DNA from: Octopus sinensis | Lineage: Eukaryota | Assembly (NCBI RefSeq): GCF_006345805.1 | Contig: NC_043011.1 | Span: 6,262,001 to 6,326,000 of the forward strand | Length of the DNA: 64,000 nt | Direction: 5' to 3' | Shown: one piece after another, positions 36,545 through 49,492 of the stretch | Layout of the letters: every line of letters begins with the position of its first letter | Position numbering within the stretch: position 1 is the first letter of the stretch | Notes under the pieces: generated by a model | What the model saw: only the letters and a program-made list of their open reading frames with translations | Told to the model about the DNA's origin: nothing | Databases searched by the model: none | Program-made: the position numbers and the translations under genes

Positions 36545-37621
36545 GGTTCTGGGTTCAGTCCCACTGTATGACACCTTGGGCAAGTGTTTTCAGCTATAGC
36601 TTCAGGCCAACCCTAGCCTTGTGAATGGATTTGGTTGACAGGAACTGAAAGAAGCCCTCCATATAGCCACACACATATATATATATCTATGTGTGTAACA
36701 TATAAAAGATAAAGCAAAAATATGCACACACATGTTATTGTAGAATTTTGTTACTTTTAAAAGTTCAAGGTGAATGAATGTCTTGTTGAAAGACAGTTGA
36801 GTTGAAAATACCATCCATCGAGAAAGAAGGAGAGAGCCTCTCTATGCAGTTGCTTGACTTGCTAGAAATTTCAACCAAATTTTCTTCACACCACACCCTA
36901 TGCTCACAAAATGGGAAGGACAGACACATTATATAATGTAGCTGGTGGTACACTATCAGCAAAAGATGTGGTGGTCATGGCCTGACTTCCACATCGGTCT
37001 GTTGAGTTAGGGCTGAGTCAGAGTTTAGAGCTTGCTCTTCAAATTTAGGTCTAAAATATCTGGAATATCTAGAGTGTTGACAGGTGATCTGTGAAGGCCA
37101 TATTCATAAGTAATGTCTGAGCCCGAGTCACCACTCACTCGGTCAACCATTTCTGTTTCTGTGCTTTGAACCATTAACATTCACATTCTGCCAAATGCGG
37201 TGCCTATTTATTCACATTGGTTTGAAGTAATCATTCACTATCCTGTAGCTTTGAGATTTTGATGAGGCAGTTGTTAAATTTTAGAATTATATTGTAGGGT
37301 TGACGCGACAAGTCTGATCTAGCCAGTTTGAATATAAAATATTGAATAGAAAGTATTTTTAGTGGATCTGGCCAATTTAAATGTTTGTGTGTCACTCTCA
37401 CTCAGCCAACCAGCTACCTACTTGTGCTTCAGGTTTGTTGGCTTATTACAAGATTGCCAAGAGTGTGTGTGTGTGTGTGTGTGAGGGAAGTGAGATAACA
37501 TCATGAACCTATTGAATGAGAATTATATTGTCCTTTATTGTGTATGGTTTTTTTTTCTTAAAGTATTCATAGAGTGGGTGATCTCCCTCTTCAATCCATC
37601 TTTTGCTCATACACCTACTCT

Positions 37622-40600
37622 ATCATCATCATCGTTTAACGTCCATTTTCCGCACTAGCACGGGTTGGACTGTTTGACCGGGGTCTGGGAAAACCAGGAG
37701 GCTGCACCAGGCTCCAGTCTGATCTGGCAGTGTTTCTACAGCTGGATGCCCTTCCTAACGCTAACCACTCCGTGAGTGTAGTGGGTGCTTTTTATGTGCC
37801 ACCGGCACAGGTGCCAGGGGAGTCTGCAGCGACAACGTTCGGATGGTGCTTTTTACATGCCACTGGCACAGAAGCCAGTCAAGGCGGCGCTGGCATCGGC
37901 CACATTCGGATGGTGCTTTTTACGTGCCGCTGGCACAGGTATCACAACTGCTATTTCCATTGATATTTATTTCGATGTTCATGTACTTGACTCAATAGGT
38001 CTCCTCAAGCACAGCAGGTTGTTCTGAAATCCAAGGTACTTTGAATGGGCTGGGGCTATGCGGAACTGGTGCAGGAAGCAGCCTGGGTCTTTGCAGTCAC
38101 AGCATATCTCCAGAGATCTCGGTCCTTCGTCATTGCCTCTGTGAGGCCCAACGCTCTGAGGTCATGCTTGACTACCTCATCCCATGTCTTCTTGGGTCTA
38201 CCTCTCCCCCTGATACCTTCAACTGTTTGGGAGCGGCACTTCTTCACACATCTCTCCTCATCCATCCACAGTACATGACCATACCATTGCAAGCGTCGCT
38301 CTTGCACACCACATCTGATGCTTCTTATGTCCAGCATTTCTCTCAGGGTGCTTACACTCTGTCGTGCGTGCACACTGACATTACACATCCAGCGGATCAT
38401 GTTAGCTTCATTTCTTTCAAGTCTACGCATGTCCTCTGCAGTCACAGCCCATGTTTCACTACTGTGAAGCATGGCGGTTTGCACACATGCATCATACAAT
38501 CTACCTTTCACTCTGAGCGAGAGACTCTTTGTCGCCAGTAGGGGTAGGAGCTTTCTAAACTTTGCCCAGGCTATTTGTATTCTAGTGGTGACACTCTCTG
38601 AGCATCCACCTCCACTACTAACTTGGTCACCTAGGTAGCGGAAACTATCAACTACTTCTAGTTTCTCCCCCTGGAGTGTGGTGGAATCTGTTTTCTGAGT
38701 ATCTGTGGTGTCTATTGTCCCTGTGCATCTGCTGCACATGAAAGCTATCTTATCAGTTAATTTCCCTTTGATGTTGTTGCACCTCTTATGCGTCCATAGC
38801 TTTCACTGGGTACATCTTATGGAGTTTCTACCTACACCTTTCCTACAGATTGAGCAGGGCCACCTGCCCGAGGGGGTGTGTGATGAGTTCGTCTTTCTGC
38901 TTACTATAACTTTGGTCTTTGCTACACTTACTCTAAGGCCCTTTGATTCTAAACCTTGCTTCCACACCCAAAATTTCTTTTCTAGTTCCGGTAGTGATTC
39001 TGCAATGAGAGCCAGGTCATCAGCATAGAGGAGCTCCCAGGGGCAACCTGTTTTGAATTCCGCTGTTATTGCCTGGAGGACTATGATGAATAAAAGGGGA
39101 CTGAGGGCTGAACCTTGGTGTACACCTACTTCTACCTGGAATTCTTCACTATACTCATTGCCAATCTTAACCTTGCTGACAGCCTCTCTGTATAGGGCCT
39201 GAACAGCCCTTATTAGCCATTCGTCAATCTCCAGTTTCTGCATTGATCACCAGATAAGGGATCGGGGGACCCTGTCAAAGGCTTTCTCCAAGGCCACAAA
39301 AGCTATGTAGAGGGGTTTATCTTGAGCTAGGTATTTCTCCTGCAGTTGTTGAACCAGGAATATAGCATCAGTGGTGCTTCTACCCGGCACAAAACCGAAC
39401 TGCATCTCATCTAAGCAAATTCTCTCCCTAATGAGTTGGGTTATGACCCTCTCTGTGACCTTCATCACCTGATCCAACAGTTTAATACCCCTGTAGTTAT
39501 TTCTATCTAGAGCATCACCTTTACCCTTGTAGCAGTTGACTATGGTGCTGCTACGCCAGTCATTGGGTATGACTCCATTATGAACTACCTGGTTTACAAT
39601 GCGGGTGGCTAGGCCATAGCCCACACAACCAGCAGTTTTAAGCATCTCAGCAGTGATTCCTGATGGGCCGGGTGGGGCTTTTCCTGGTTTCATACCCTTA
39701 ATTGCCTTAACTACTAGGGAGCTGTCTATTCGGATAGCTGGTCCCTCTACTGGGTCAACATTTGGCAGGCTCTCCTCCTCCCATTCATTCTCCACATTCA
39801 GCAGTCTTTCATAATGGCTTCTCCAAGCCTCTTTCTTTTCACCATTATTAAAAGCAAGTGCACCATCATCCATGCAGACACATTTCTCTCCTGTAACATC
39901 ACTATTTTCTCTCACACACTGTCTAGCAATCCGAAATACCTCAGTTCTTTGGTCCTCACGTCGCTGGACATTGGCAAACTTCTTTTCTGCTTCATCTTTG
40001 GCTATGTATACCTGCCGCCAAGCTTCCCTTTTGGCTACATGGTACAGTTCCCTGCTACCCCATCCCTCCAGGCTTTCCAGGCCTGTTTCTTTGCTCTAAT
40101 GGCTTTGTCTACTGTACTATTCCACCACCACGTAACTCTAGATCTGGAAGGGACTTTGCACCATCCACAGACTTGGTCTGTGGCACTCAGCAAGCTGTCC
40201 TGTAGGAATTTCCAGCTACCTTCTATGTCCGATGTCTGTAGCTCCTCCTCCCTCTCATCAAATTTCTTGATGAGGATGTCCCTAAATCTCTGACCATGTG
40301 AAGGGTTCTTTAGCTTCCAAATCCTTCTTTTCTGGATTGGTCTGTTTCTTGGTATCCTTCTGGTCTCAAGCCTAAAGTCACTAATGATTAGCCTATGCTG
40401 AGGGGTACATTCTTCACCCGGGAGGGTCTTTGTATTTAAGAGCGACTCTGCATCCTGCTGTCTGGTGAGGATGAAGTCTATTTGGCTAGCGGAGTCCCCT
40501 GACTGATAGGTTATAAGGTGGCAGTCTGGCTTCCTGAAGTTAGTGTTGCAGATTAAAAGGTTACATGCATCACAGAATTCCAGTAGTCTAGTTCCCTCAT

Positions 40601-41195
40601 CATTTCTGGTGCCAATACCATGGCCACCGTGTACCCCAGTGAAGATACCTGATTCCCGCCCAACATGCCCATTAAAGTCTCCAGCCACAAAGATGAGGTC
40701 CTTGCCACTCGTCTTTGAGGTAGCCTGTAGAAGGATATCATAAAAGTGGTCCTTCTGATCATTTGGTAGCCCCGCATGTGGGGCATAGGCGGAGATAATC
40801 GTAGCTGTGCCGTTCTGTAGGACTAACCTGAGCTTGAGCACTCTATCGCAAACCCTGACAACCTCTATGACCTTATCCACCCATTTCTCCACAAGGAGAA
40901 TGCCTACACCCCATACACCATCCATGTTACCTTGCCAGAAAACTTTATACCTATGTGCCTTGCCTGTGAGGACCCTAGCACCTCTCCATCTTACCTCTTG
41001 TATGCAGCATACATCAACCCGTCTTCTTTCAAGCATCTCTACAATCTCACTAGACCTACCTTTCAGTGTAGCAACATTGACAGTGCCAACTCCGAAAACT
41101 GGGAAGGTAATGTGGGGTGAGGTTTGGGGAGGAGGGATGCAATTCAGCGCCTGAAAAGAAGAGGGTTGTTGTGGTGGTGATCGTTTTTTAGGCAT
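37622..41195 (-). mobile_element. Near-full-length RTE family B LINE; ORF2 broken by a frameshift and two stops (5' region may extend to about 42090)
   Basis: VGTVNVATLKGR, VCCIQE and GDFNGHVG (APE), RT motifs with YADD, PHD region, shared 3' end and (GAT)n tail; TGA at about 39247 and 38803, frameshift near 40060. Confidence 0.92.
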
Positions 41196-42395
41196 TTTTC
41201 ATCTGATCTCTCTTCCGACCTGACAACATTCAAGCATTTAGGCATGTTAAGGTTGTGGCCCCTGCGGTAGGCAGGAGCATTAAGGTCATTGATGATGTAG
41301 ATGTAAGCTGTGTGGCAGAAATACTGCTATTCCAGGTGTTAGTAGCATTCTAAGCAAGCATTATGGTCATTGAGTGACGTAGTTTTAAGCAGCGTAGCAG
41401 AAACATGAATATTCCAGTGTTGGGTTGGGGTTCCAGCTGAAAACTGGTTGCATTGCGGCGGGGAAGGGTTCCGGCAGAGAGAAGAGAGAGGGAGAGAAAG
41501 TGGGGGAGGAATGGAGGAGAGAGTGCAGGTAATGTAGGGAACAGCACCGGTGGGGAGGGGGGAGTTAGGAGAAGCGGTGGCAGGTTCTAGACTGAATGAA
41601 ATGTTGGATATCACGAGTGAGGGAGGGGACTGGAAGGAGATAGCCGGTTGAGGTGGTGACAGATTTCAAAACGGAAGGAAACGTAAGATAACTGGTTAAG
41701 TGGGACGGTTGATGAGCAGCTGCGCTAGCTGCTTCCATCTTCGGGAAGAGAAGCAAGGGTAATACATAGTGAAATAGCATATTGAGGAGGAGGGGTTCGA
41801 AGAATAGACATACGTAATGGTGGTGGGAGAAGGGATATCTGGTGTAGATGGTGTAAAACATGGTATTGGTGGTGGGGGTGGGAAAGGGCAGGCGCACCGT
41901 GAATGGCGAAGTCTTGATTGGGGACAGAGCGGTAGAGATATGGAACTAGGAATGAGAAGGATTAAGCAATCGGGGTTTGATAGGGGACAGTATGAATTAT
42001 GGGAAATAAGAATGTGAGCCGAAAGAGGGGGAACGAATAATAGAGAAACAATATCACAGAGAATGAACAAATTATCATCATACAGAGACGAATAATTATC
42101 ATAATAAGCTTTACGAGATAGGACTAAAATTAAAAATTATATTTTGGGGGACAATATCAACTGTTAGCTCATGAAAAAACAAACAGTTAGTAAATATATT
42201 AGACATTTTAAGTGTTAGTGGCGAATGTAGTACAAGGGGTCAAAAGAAATGAAATGAGTAATTCTTAACTCGCTTTGGACATTGTTGGTCGAGGAATGAA
42301 TGAATGAATAGAAGGAAACACATGGGCGAGTTTTTAAAAAAAATATAGACTGACCGGAAGAGAGTTTGAGTTGGGGACAGACGGAAATAGTAAAT

Positions 42396-42792
42396 AGGCG
42401 CAGGAATGGCTGTGTGGTAAGTAGCTTGCTAACCAACCACATGGTTCCGGGTTCAGTCCCACTGTGTGGCATCTTGGGCAAGTGTCTTCTGCTATAGCCC
42501 CGGGCCGACCAATGCCTTGTGAGTGGATTTGGTAGACGGAAACTGAAAGAAGCCTGTCGTATATATGTATATATATATGTGTGTGTGTGTGTGTTTGTCC
42601 CCCTAGCATTGCTTGACAACCGATGCTGGTGTGTTTACGTCCCCGTAACTTAGCGGTTCGGCAAAAGAGACTGATAGAATAAGTACTGGGCTTACAAAGA
42701 ATAAGTCCCGGGGTCGATTTGCTCGACTAAAGGCGGTGCTCCAGCATGGCCGCAGTCAAATGACTGAAACAAGTAAAAGAGTAAAAGAGTAA
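42396..42792 (+). mobile_element. Complete, young-looking SINE family 2
   Basis: GGCGCAGGAATGGCTGTGTGG head, (TA)/(TG) linker, tail ending (GTAAAAGA)n. Confidence 0.9.
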
Positions 42793-43532
42793 ATGTTAAA
42801 AACAGGCTGCGAATGGCGAAGTCTTGATTGGGGACAGAGCGGCAGAGATATGGGACTAGGAATGAGAAGAGTTAAGCAATCTGGGTTTGATAGGGGACAG
42901 TACGACTTATGGGAAATAAGAATGTGAGCCGAACGAGGGGGAACGAATAATAGAGAAACAATATCACAGAGAATGAACAAATTATCATCATACAGAGACA
43001 TTTATATGAGTCAGAAGCTAAACTTCTATTCAAGTTTTATGAAGTGAAAAATATTAAAACATATTGTAATGCTTAACATAGACATTGAGAGTAGACTGCA
43101 TGTTTGTTCTTTTCTCTTTTCAGGCACAAGTCTAACCTATTTTGTTCATTAAGGCATTGACACCACATAACTCTTATTCTTTATTATAGTGTGTCATGGA
43201 CAAGTATTTGAGTTTCTAACAGGTAGAAATTGCATCTAGTAGCTCTAAATCTATTCAATTGAAATGCCTTGAAAGGGACTGAACCGGTTTTTTCCCAGGT
43301 TAGTCTGGCCCTTCCTTTCCTACCTGTATTGTTTGTACATATTGAATATTGTGAAAAGAAAGCTAAAATCCTGTTTCAAAAATGTGAACAATACAAACTG
43401 GGATTGTAAAGTTAGTTTTGATAACTTTATCTCACTCTATTCCATGACACAGTATAGTATTATACCTTACTAGAAATAGCAGCCAAATCTCCATTGACAC
43501 ACAGATCCTACATAATTTATTAGCTAACAAAA

Positions 43533-43844
43533 TCTCTATATATAAAACTGAAAGTGTCTGTGTGCATCACTAAAACTCGAGAACTACCCAAACGATTTCA
43601 TTCAAATTTTACACATGCCTTACTTAGGATCCATGCAATGTCATAGGCCAAAGACATTTTCAACTTCTTGCCTAATGCGAGCATGGAGCAAACGCATATC
43701 TCTACGTATTGCATGCCAAAAGTGAAACAATAACATCTCTATTGTAATGTGAGATAATACTTTCAGTTTTAATAGTTTAACTGTTAATACTTTCACCATG
43801 TATATATATCAGTTTCATTTCTGTTAGTTTCACTATGTATTTAT
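43533..43844. mobile_element. Helitron/Helentron-like non-autonomous fragment
   Basis: CTCTATATATAAAACTGAAAGTGTCTGTGTG...CGATTTCATTCAAATTTTACAC, the reverse layout of the DINE-like elements; cut by the RTE insertion. Confidence 0.45.
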
Positions 43845-43845
43845 G

Positions 43846-46420
43846 GGGTCCACCAAGGTTCAGTCCTCAGCCCCCTCCTATTTATCATAGTCCTCCAGGC
43901 AATAACGGAAGAATTTAAGACAGGATGCCCCTGGGAGCTCCTATATGCTGATGACCTTGCTCTAATTGCTGAGTCACTATCAGAACTGGAGGAGAAGTTT
44001 CAGGTGTGGAAACAAGGATTAGAGTCGAAGGGCCTTAGAATCAACCTAGCCAAAACCAAAGTCCTAATAAGTAGGAAGGTGGACCAACCACAAACGACTT
44101 CAGGTAGATGGCCCTGCTCGATCTGTAGAAAAGGTGTAGGTAGAAACTCTATAAGGTGCACCAAGTGTAAGCTATGGACACATAAGAGGTGCAGCAATGT
44201 CAAAGGTAGGCTAACTGGGAAGATAGTTTTCGTATGTGGCAGATGCTCAGGAGAAATAAACACTGGAAATGTGCAGAGACCAACTTCTACCACGTTCCAG
44301 GGAGACAAACTAGAAGTAGTTGATAGTTTCCGCTACCTTGGAGACCAAGTTAGTAGCAGGGGTGGGCGTGCTGAAAGTGTAACTGCTAGAGTAAGAATAG
44401 CCTGGGCAAAGTTTAGGGAGCTCTTACCCCTGCTGGTGACAAAAGGCCTCTCGCTCAGAGTAAAAGGCAGACTTTATGATGCATGTGTACGTACAGCCAT
44501 GCTACATGGTAGTGAAACATGGGCCGTGACTGCTGAGGATATGCGTAAGCTCGCAAGAAATGAAGCCAGTATGCTCCGATGGATGTGTAATGTCAGTGTT
44601 CATAATCGTCAGAGTGTAAGTACCTTGAGAGAAAAGTTGAACCTAAGAAGCGTCAGTTGTGGTGTGCAAGAGAGACGGCTGCGCTGGTATGGTCATATGA
44701 CGAGAATGGCTGAAGATAGTTGTATGCAAAAGTGCTACACCCTAGCAGTTGAGGGAACCTGTGGAAGAGGTAGACCCAGGAAAACCTGGGACGAAGTGGT
44801 GAAGCACGACCTACGAACTTTAGGTCTCACCGAGGAAATGACTAGAGACCGAGACCTATGGAAGTATGCTGTGCGTGAGAAGACCCGGCAAGACTAGTCA
44901 GGCCATAACCCGTGGCCCCTACCTAGGACGTAGTCAGTCCACTTGTGCATACCTTCCTTCTTGTGACACTTGTGAAGACCTGTTGAGGCAAGTGAAAATC
45001 AAACAAAATCAAAATAGATGAACATCAATGGAATTTGTATCTTTGTGGTACCAGTGCCGGTGGCACAAAAGAATACCATCCGAACGTGGGCGTAGCCAGT
45101 ACCGCACCGACTGGCCTCCATGCTGTGGGCACGTAACAATCACCATCCAATCGTGGCCGATCGCCAGCCTCATCTGGCTCCTGTGTTGGTGGCACATAAA
45201 AAAAAACACCATCCGAGCGTGGTCGTCTGCTAGCCTTGTCTGGCACCTGTGTCGGTGGCACATAAAAACACCATCCGAGCGTGGCCGTTCGGCAGCCTCG
45301 TCTGGCACCTGTGTCGGTGGCACATAAAAACACCATCCGAGCGTGGTCGTCTGCTAGCCTTGACTGGCACCTGTGTCGGTGGCACATAAAAACACCATCC
45401 GAGCGTGGCCGTTCGCCAGCCTCGTCTGGCACCTGTGTCGGTGGCACATAAAAACACCATCCGAGCGTGGTCGTCTGCTAGCCTTGTCTGGCACCTGTGT
45501 CGGTGGCACATAAAAACACCATCCGAGCGTGGCCGTTCGCCAGCCTCGTCTGGCACCTGTGTCGGTGGCACATAAAAACCCATCCGAGCGTGGTCGTCTG
45601 CTAGCCTTGTCTGGCACCTGTGTCGGTGGCACATAAAAACACCATCCGAGCGTGGCCGTTCGCCAGCCTCGTCTGGCACCTGTGTCGGTGGCACATAAAA
45701 ACACCATCCGAGCGTGGTCGTCTGCTAGCCTTGTCTGGGACCTGTGTCGGTGGCACATAAAAACAACCATCCGAGCGTGGCCGTTCGCCAGCCTCGTCTG
45801 GCACCTGTGTCGGTGGCACATAAAAACACCATCCGAGCGTGGTCGTCTGCTAGCCTTGTCTGGCACCTGTGTCGGTGGCACATAAAAACACCATCCGAGC
45901 GTGGCCGTTCGCCAGCCTCGTCTGGCACCTGTGTCGGTGGCACATAAAAAACACCATCCGAGCGTGGTCGTCTGCTAGCCTTGTCTGGCACCTGTGTCGG
46001 TGGCACATAAAAACACCATCCGAGCGTGGCCGTTCACCAGCCTCGTCTGGCACCTGTGTCGGTGGCACATAAAAACACCATCCGAGCGTGGTCGTCTGCT
46101 AGCCTTGTCTGGCACCTGTGTCGGTGGCACATAAAAACACCATCCGAGTGTGGCCGTTCGCAAGCCTCGTCTGGCACCTGTGTCGGTGGCACATAAAAAA
46201 CACCATCTGAGCGTGGTCGTCTGCCAGCCTTGTCTGGCACCTGTGTCGGTGGCACATAAAAACACCATCCGAGCGTGGCCGTTCGCCAGCCTCGTCTGGC
46301 ACCTGTGTCGGTGGCACATAAAATCACCCACTACACTCTCGGAGTGGTTGGCGTTAGGAAGGGCATCCAGCTGTAGAAACACTGCCAGATCTGACTGGCC
46401 TGGTGCAGCTTTCGGGCTCC
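43846..46420 (+). mobile_element. 5'-truncated RTE family A copy with an expanded 3' UTR; last about 60 bp and tail missing
   Basis: Begins at GVHQGSVLSP, open through YADD, PHD and YLG to the stop at 44897; 3' UTR breaks at TTCGGGCTCC. Confidence 0.93.
45190..46318 (+). repeat. 62-bp VNTR in the RTE 3' UTR, about 18 units strictly alternating two variants (124-bp higher-order repeat)
   Basis: GGCACATAAAAACACCATCCGAGCGTGG-[TCGTCTGCTAGCCTTG or CCGTTCGCCAGCCTCG]-TCTGGCACCTGTGTCGGT. Confidence 0.95.
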
Positions 46421-46561
46421 CAAATACGTGTGCAGGGTGTTATTGGACTTTGAAAATCCGTCCATACTGTATCATCAGTCAATATAGTATTGATGATAGA
46501 GTACTGATGATTTAGTATGGACGGATTTTTGAAGTCCAATAACACCCTGCACACGTATTTG
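46421..46561. repeat. 141-bp palindrome (48-bp arms plus nested inner inverted repeats)
   Basis: CAAATACGTGTGCAGGGTGTTATTGGACTT...CCGTCCATACT against its reverse complement at 46514-46561; inner ATCATCAGT/ACTGATGAT. Confidence 0.93.
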
Positions 46562-46685
46562 ATTATGAAGATTTACAAACATACTTTCTCAGTGAAACTC
46601 AATATACCTACCATTATAGATAAAACCAAATGTTCCTTTTCGGACTTTTCATAATGTGATACAGGTCTTTGGTGTAGCAATTGCA

Positions 46686-46780
46686 TGCGGCTGAAGAGAG
46701 CTTTAAACCATCTGTTATATCGATTTATACATTGATGTAAGAATAAGTTGTTTTATAAAGCTTGAAACATGTGTACTGCA
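46686..46780 (+). ncRNA. Type I hammerhead ribozyme candidate with a 50-nt stem II loop
   Basis: TGCGG-CTGAAGA-GAGCTTTA-(50 nt)-TAAAGCTT-GAAA-CATGTGTA-CTGCA: 5-bp stem I, 8-bp stem II, ACA/TGT stem III, GUA site at 46775. Confidence 0.65.
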
Positions 46781-47074
46781 ACAGCCTTTGTGTTCTGTTT
46801 TTTATTTTATTTGATACATATATATATATGAATGTATATATGTGTATATATATGTATATACACATATATATATATATATGTATTTGTGTGGATGTATATA
46901 TATATATGTATATATATATGTGTGTATGTATATATATATATAATATATATAGATATGTATATGTATAGATATGTATGTATATATATATTTTATGTATATA
47001 TGTGTGTGTATATATTGATGTATATGTGTGTATATATATATATATGTATGTGTGTGTATATGTGTGTATGTATG

Positions 47075-47230
47075 TACTGGCTGTGTGGTAAGTAGCTTGC
47101 TTACCAACCACATGGTTCCGGGTTCAGTCCCACTGCATGGCACCTTGGGCAAGTGTCTTCTACTATAGCCTCGGGCTGACCAAAGCCTTGTTAGTGGATT
47201 TGGTAGACGGAAACTGAAAGAAGGCCGTTG

Positions 47231-47261
<31 letters not shown>

Positions 47262-47420
47262 TTGTCCCCCTAGCATTGCTTGACAACCAATGCTGGTGTG
47301 TTTATGTCCCCGTCAAAAGTGACCGATAGAATAAGTACCGGTGTCGAGTTGCTCGATTAAAGGTGGTGCTCCAGCATGGCTGCAGTCAAATGACTGAAGC
47401 AAGTAAAAGAGTAAGAGTAA
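47075..47420 (+). mobile_element. SINE family 2
   Basis: Head, linker and partly deleted tail. Confidence 0.85.
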
Positions 47421-48186
47421 AGAGTATATATATGTATGTATCTGTGTATATGTATCTATGTATGTATATATATATGTGTATATATATGTATGTATCTATA
47501 TATGTGTATATATATATGTATGTATCTGTATATATATATATGTATGTATCTGTATATATATGTGTATAGATATGTATGTATCTGTATATATGTGTGTATA
47601 TATATGTATGTGTCTGTATATATGTGTGTATATGCGTGTGTCTGGATATATGTGTATTTATGTATGTATATATGTATATGTGTGTATATGTATATATATA
47701 TGTGTGTGTGTGTGTATGTATATATATATATATATGTATGTATATATATGTGTGTGTGTATATATATGTGTCTATATATGTATGTATATATATGTGTATA
47801 TATGTATGTATATATATGTGTATGTGTATATATGTATATATATATATGTGTATATATGTATGTATATGTATGTATATATATATGTGTGTGTATACATGTA
47901 TGTATATGTATATATATATGTGTGTGTATACATGTATGTATATGTATATATATATGTATGTATATATGTGTATATATATATGTATGTATATGTATGTATA
48001 TATGTGTATGTATGTGTGTATATATATATGTATGTATATGTATGTATATATGTGTATATGTATGTATATATGTGTATATATATGTATATATGTATATGTA
48101 TGTATATATGTGTATATATATATGTATGTATATATGTGTATATATATATGTATGTATATGTATGTATATATGTATATATATGTATA

Positions 48187-48240
<54 letters not shown>
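47420..48240. repeat. Long compound (TA)/(TATG)/(TG) microsatellite; similar tracts at 46815-47070 and 48925-49370
   Basis: Directly visible; source of the Y/I/H/T-rich ORFs. Confidence 0.97.
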
Positions 48241-48241
<1 letters not shown>

Positions 48242-48271
48242 GTGAATATGTATGTATATGTATGTGAATAT

Positions 48272-48910
48272 GTCATCATCATCATTTAGCATCTGCTTTC
48301 CATGCTAGCATGGGTTGGACGATTTGGCTGAGGTCTGGCGAACCAGACTCCAATCTGATATGTCAGTTTCTACAGCTGGATGCCCTTCCTAACGCCAACC
48401 ACTCTGAGAGTGTAGTGGGTGCTTTTATGTGCCACTGGCACGAGGGCCAGTTTGGTGGTACTGGCAACGGCCACGCTCAAATGGTGCTTTGTATGTGCCA
48501 CCTGCACAGGAGCCAGTCCAGCGGCACTGGCAATGACCTCGCTCAAATGTTTCTTTTCACGTGCCACCAGCACAAGTGCTAGTAAGGCGATGCGGCTGCG
48601 ATCATGCACGAATGGTGTGTTTAACGTGTCGTCGGTACAAAGGCCAGCTGTTGGTCTGGCAATGATCTCACTTGTATGGTATTCTTATCGCTCCACTAGC
48701 AACGGATGCCAGTCGCTGAGTTTGATTTCGATTTCACCTGCCTCAGCAGCTCTTCACAATCGAGTCTGATTTCAAATTTGATTTCACTTGCCTCAACTGG
48801 TCTTCGTATGCAGAGTTAGTGTCCAGTGAAGAAAAGGCACTCGTAAATGGACTGGTTACACCTCTAGCATAGGCCACAAGGTTATGGTCTCGCTTGCCAA
48901 GTCTTCTCAT
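48272..48910 (-). mobile_element. RTE 3' UTR-only fragment
   Basis: (CAT)n tail and RTE terminal motif, up to GGCCACAAGGTTATGG...CACAGCATAT at the ORF2 end. Confidence 0.8.
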
Positions 48911-49334
48911 GCACAGCATATTTCCAGGTGTATATATATGTATATATGTGCATGTATGTATATATATCTATGTATATATATGTGGATATGTATTTATGTG
49001 TATATATATATATATATATGTATGTACTTGTGTATATGTATATATATGTGTATGTACTTGTGTGTATATATATGTATGTACTTGTGTATATGTATGTATG
49101 TATATATATATATATATATGTATGTACTCGTGTATGTGTATATATGTGTATTTATATGTGTATATGTATGTATATATGTTTATTTGTGTACGTATAAATG
49201 TGTATGTGTGTGAATATGTATGTGTGTATGTTTGTGTGTGTGTATGTGTATGTTTGTGTATATATGTGCGTGTACGTATGTATGTGTGTACACACATGTT
49301 TGTATAAATATGTGTGTGCATATGTATATATATG

Positions 49335-49371
<37 letters not shown>

Positions 49372-49492
49372 GAATATATGTGTAATTACTGGTCGATTTT
49401 CTCTTCATGTCTGTTTTAAGTCAAAGTGCAAATGCGACCTGTCACAAGTAGGCATTTGAATATTGTAGAAATTTTATAATTGAAAGATTTAC

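Noticed and set aside
45190-46318. CRISPR-like look (constant segment of about 45 bp with 16-nt variable segments)
   Set aside because: Only two alternating spacer types, embedded in a LINE 3' UTR of a eukaryote, and no cas genes
47386-49419. Long ORFs of up to 299 aa rich in Y/I/H/T or V/C/M
   Set aside because: Translations of (TA)/(TG) microsatellites; the same applies to the ORFs at 27024-28673 and 22043-22753
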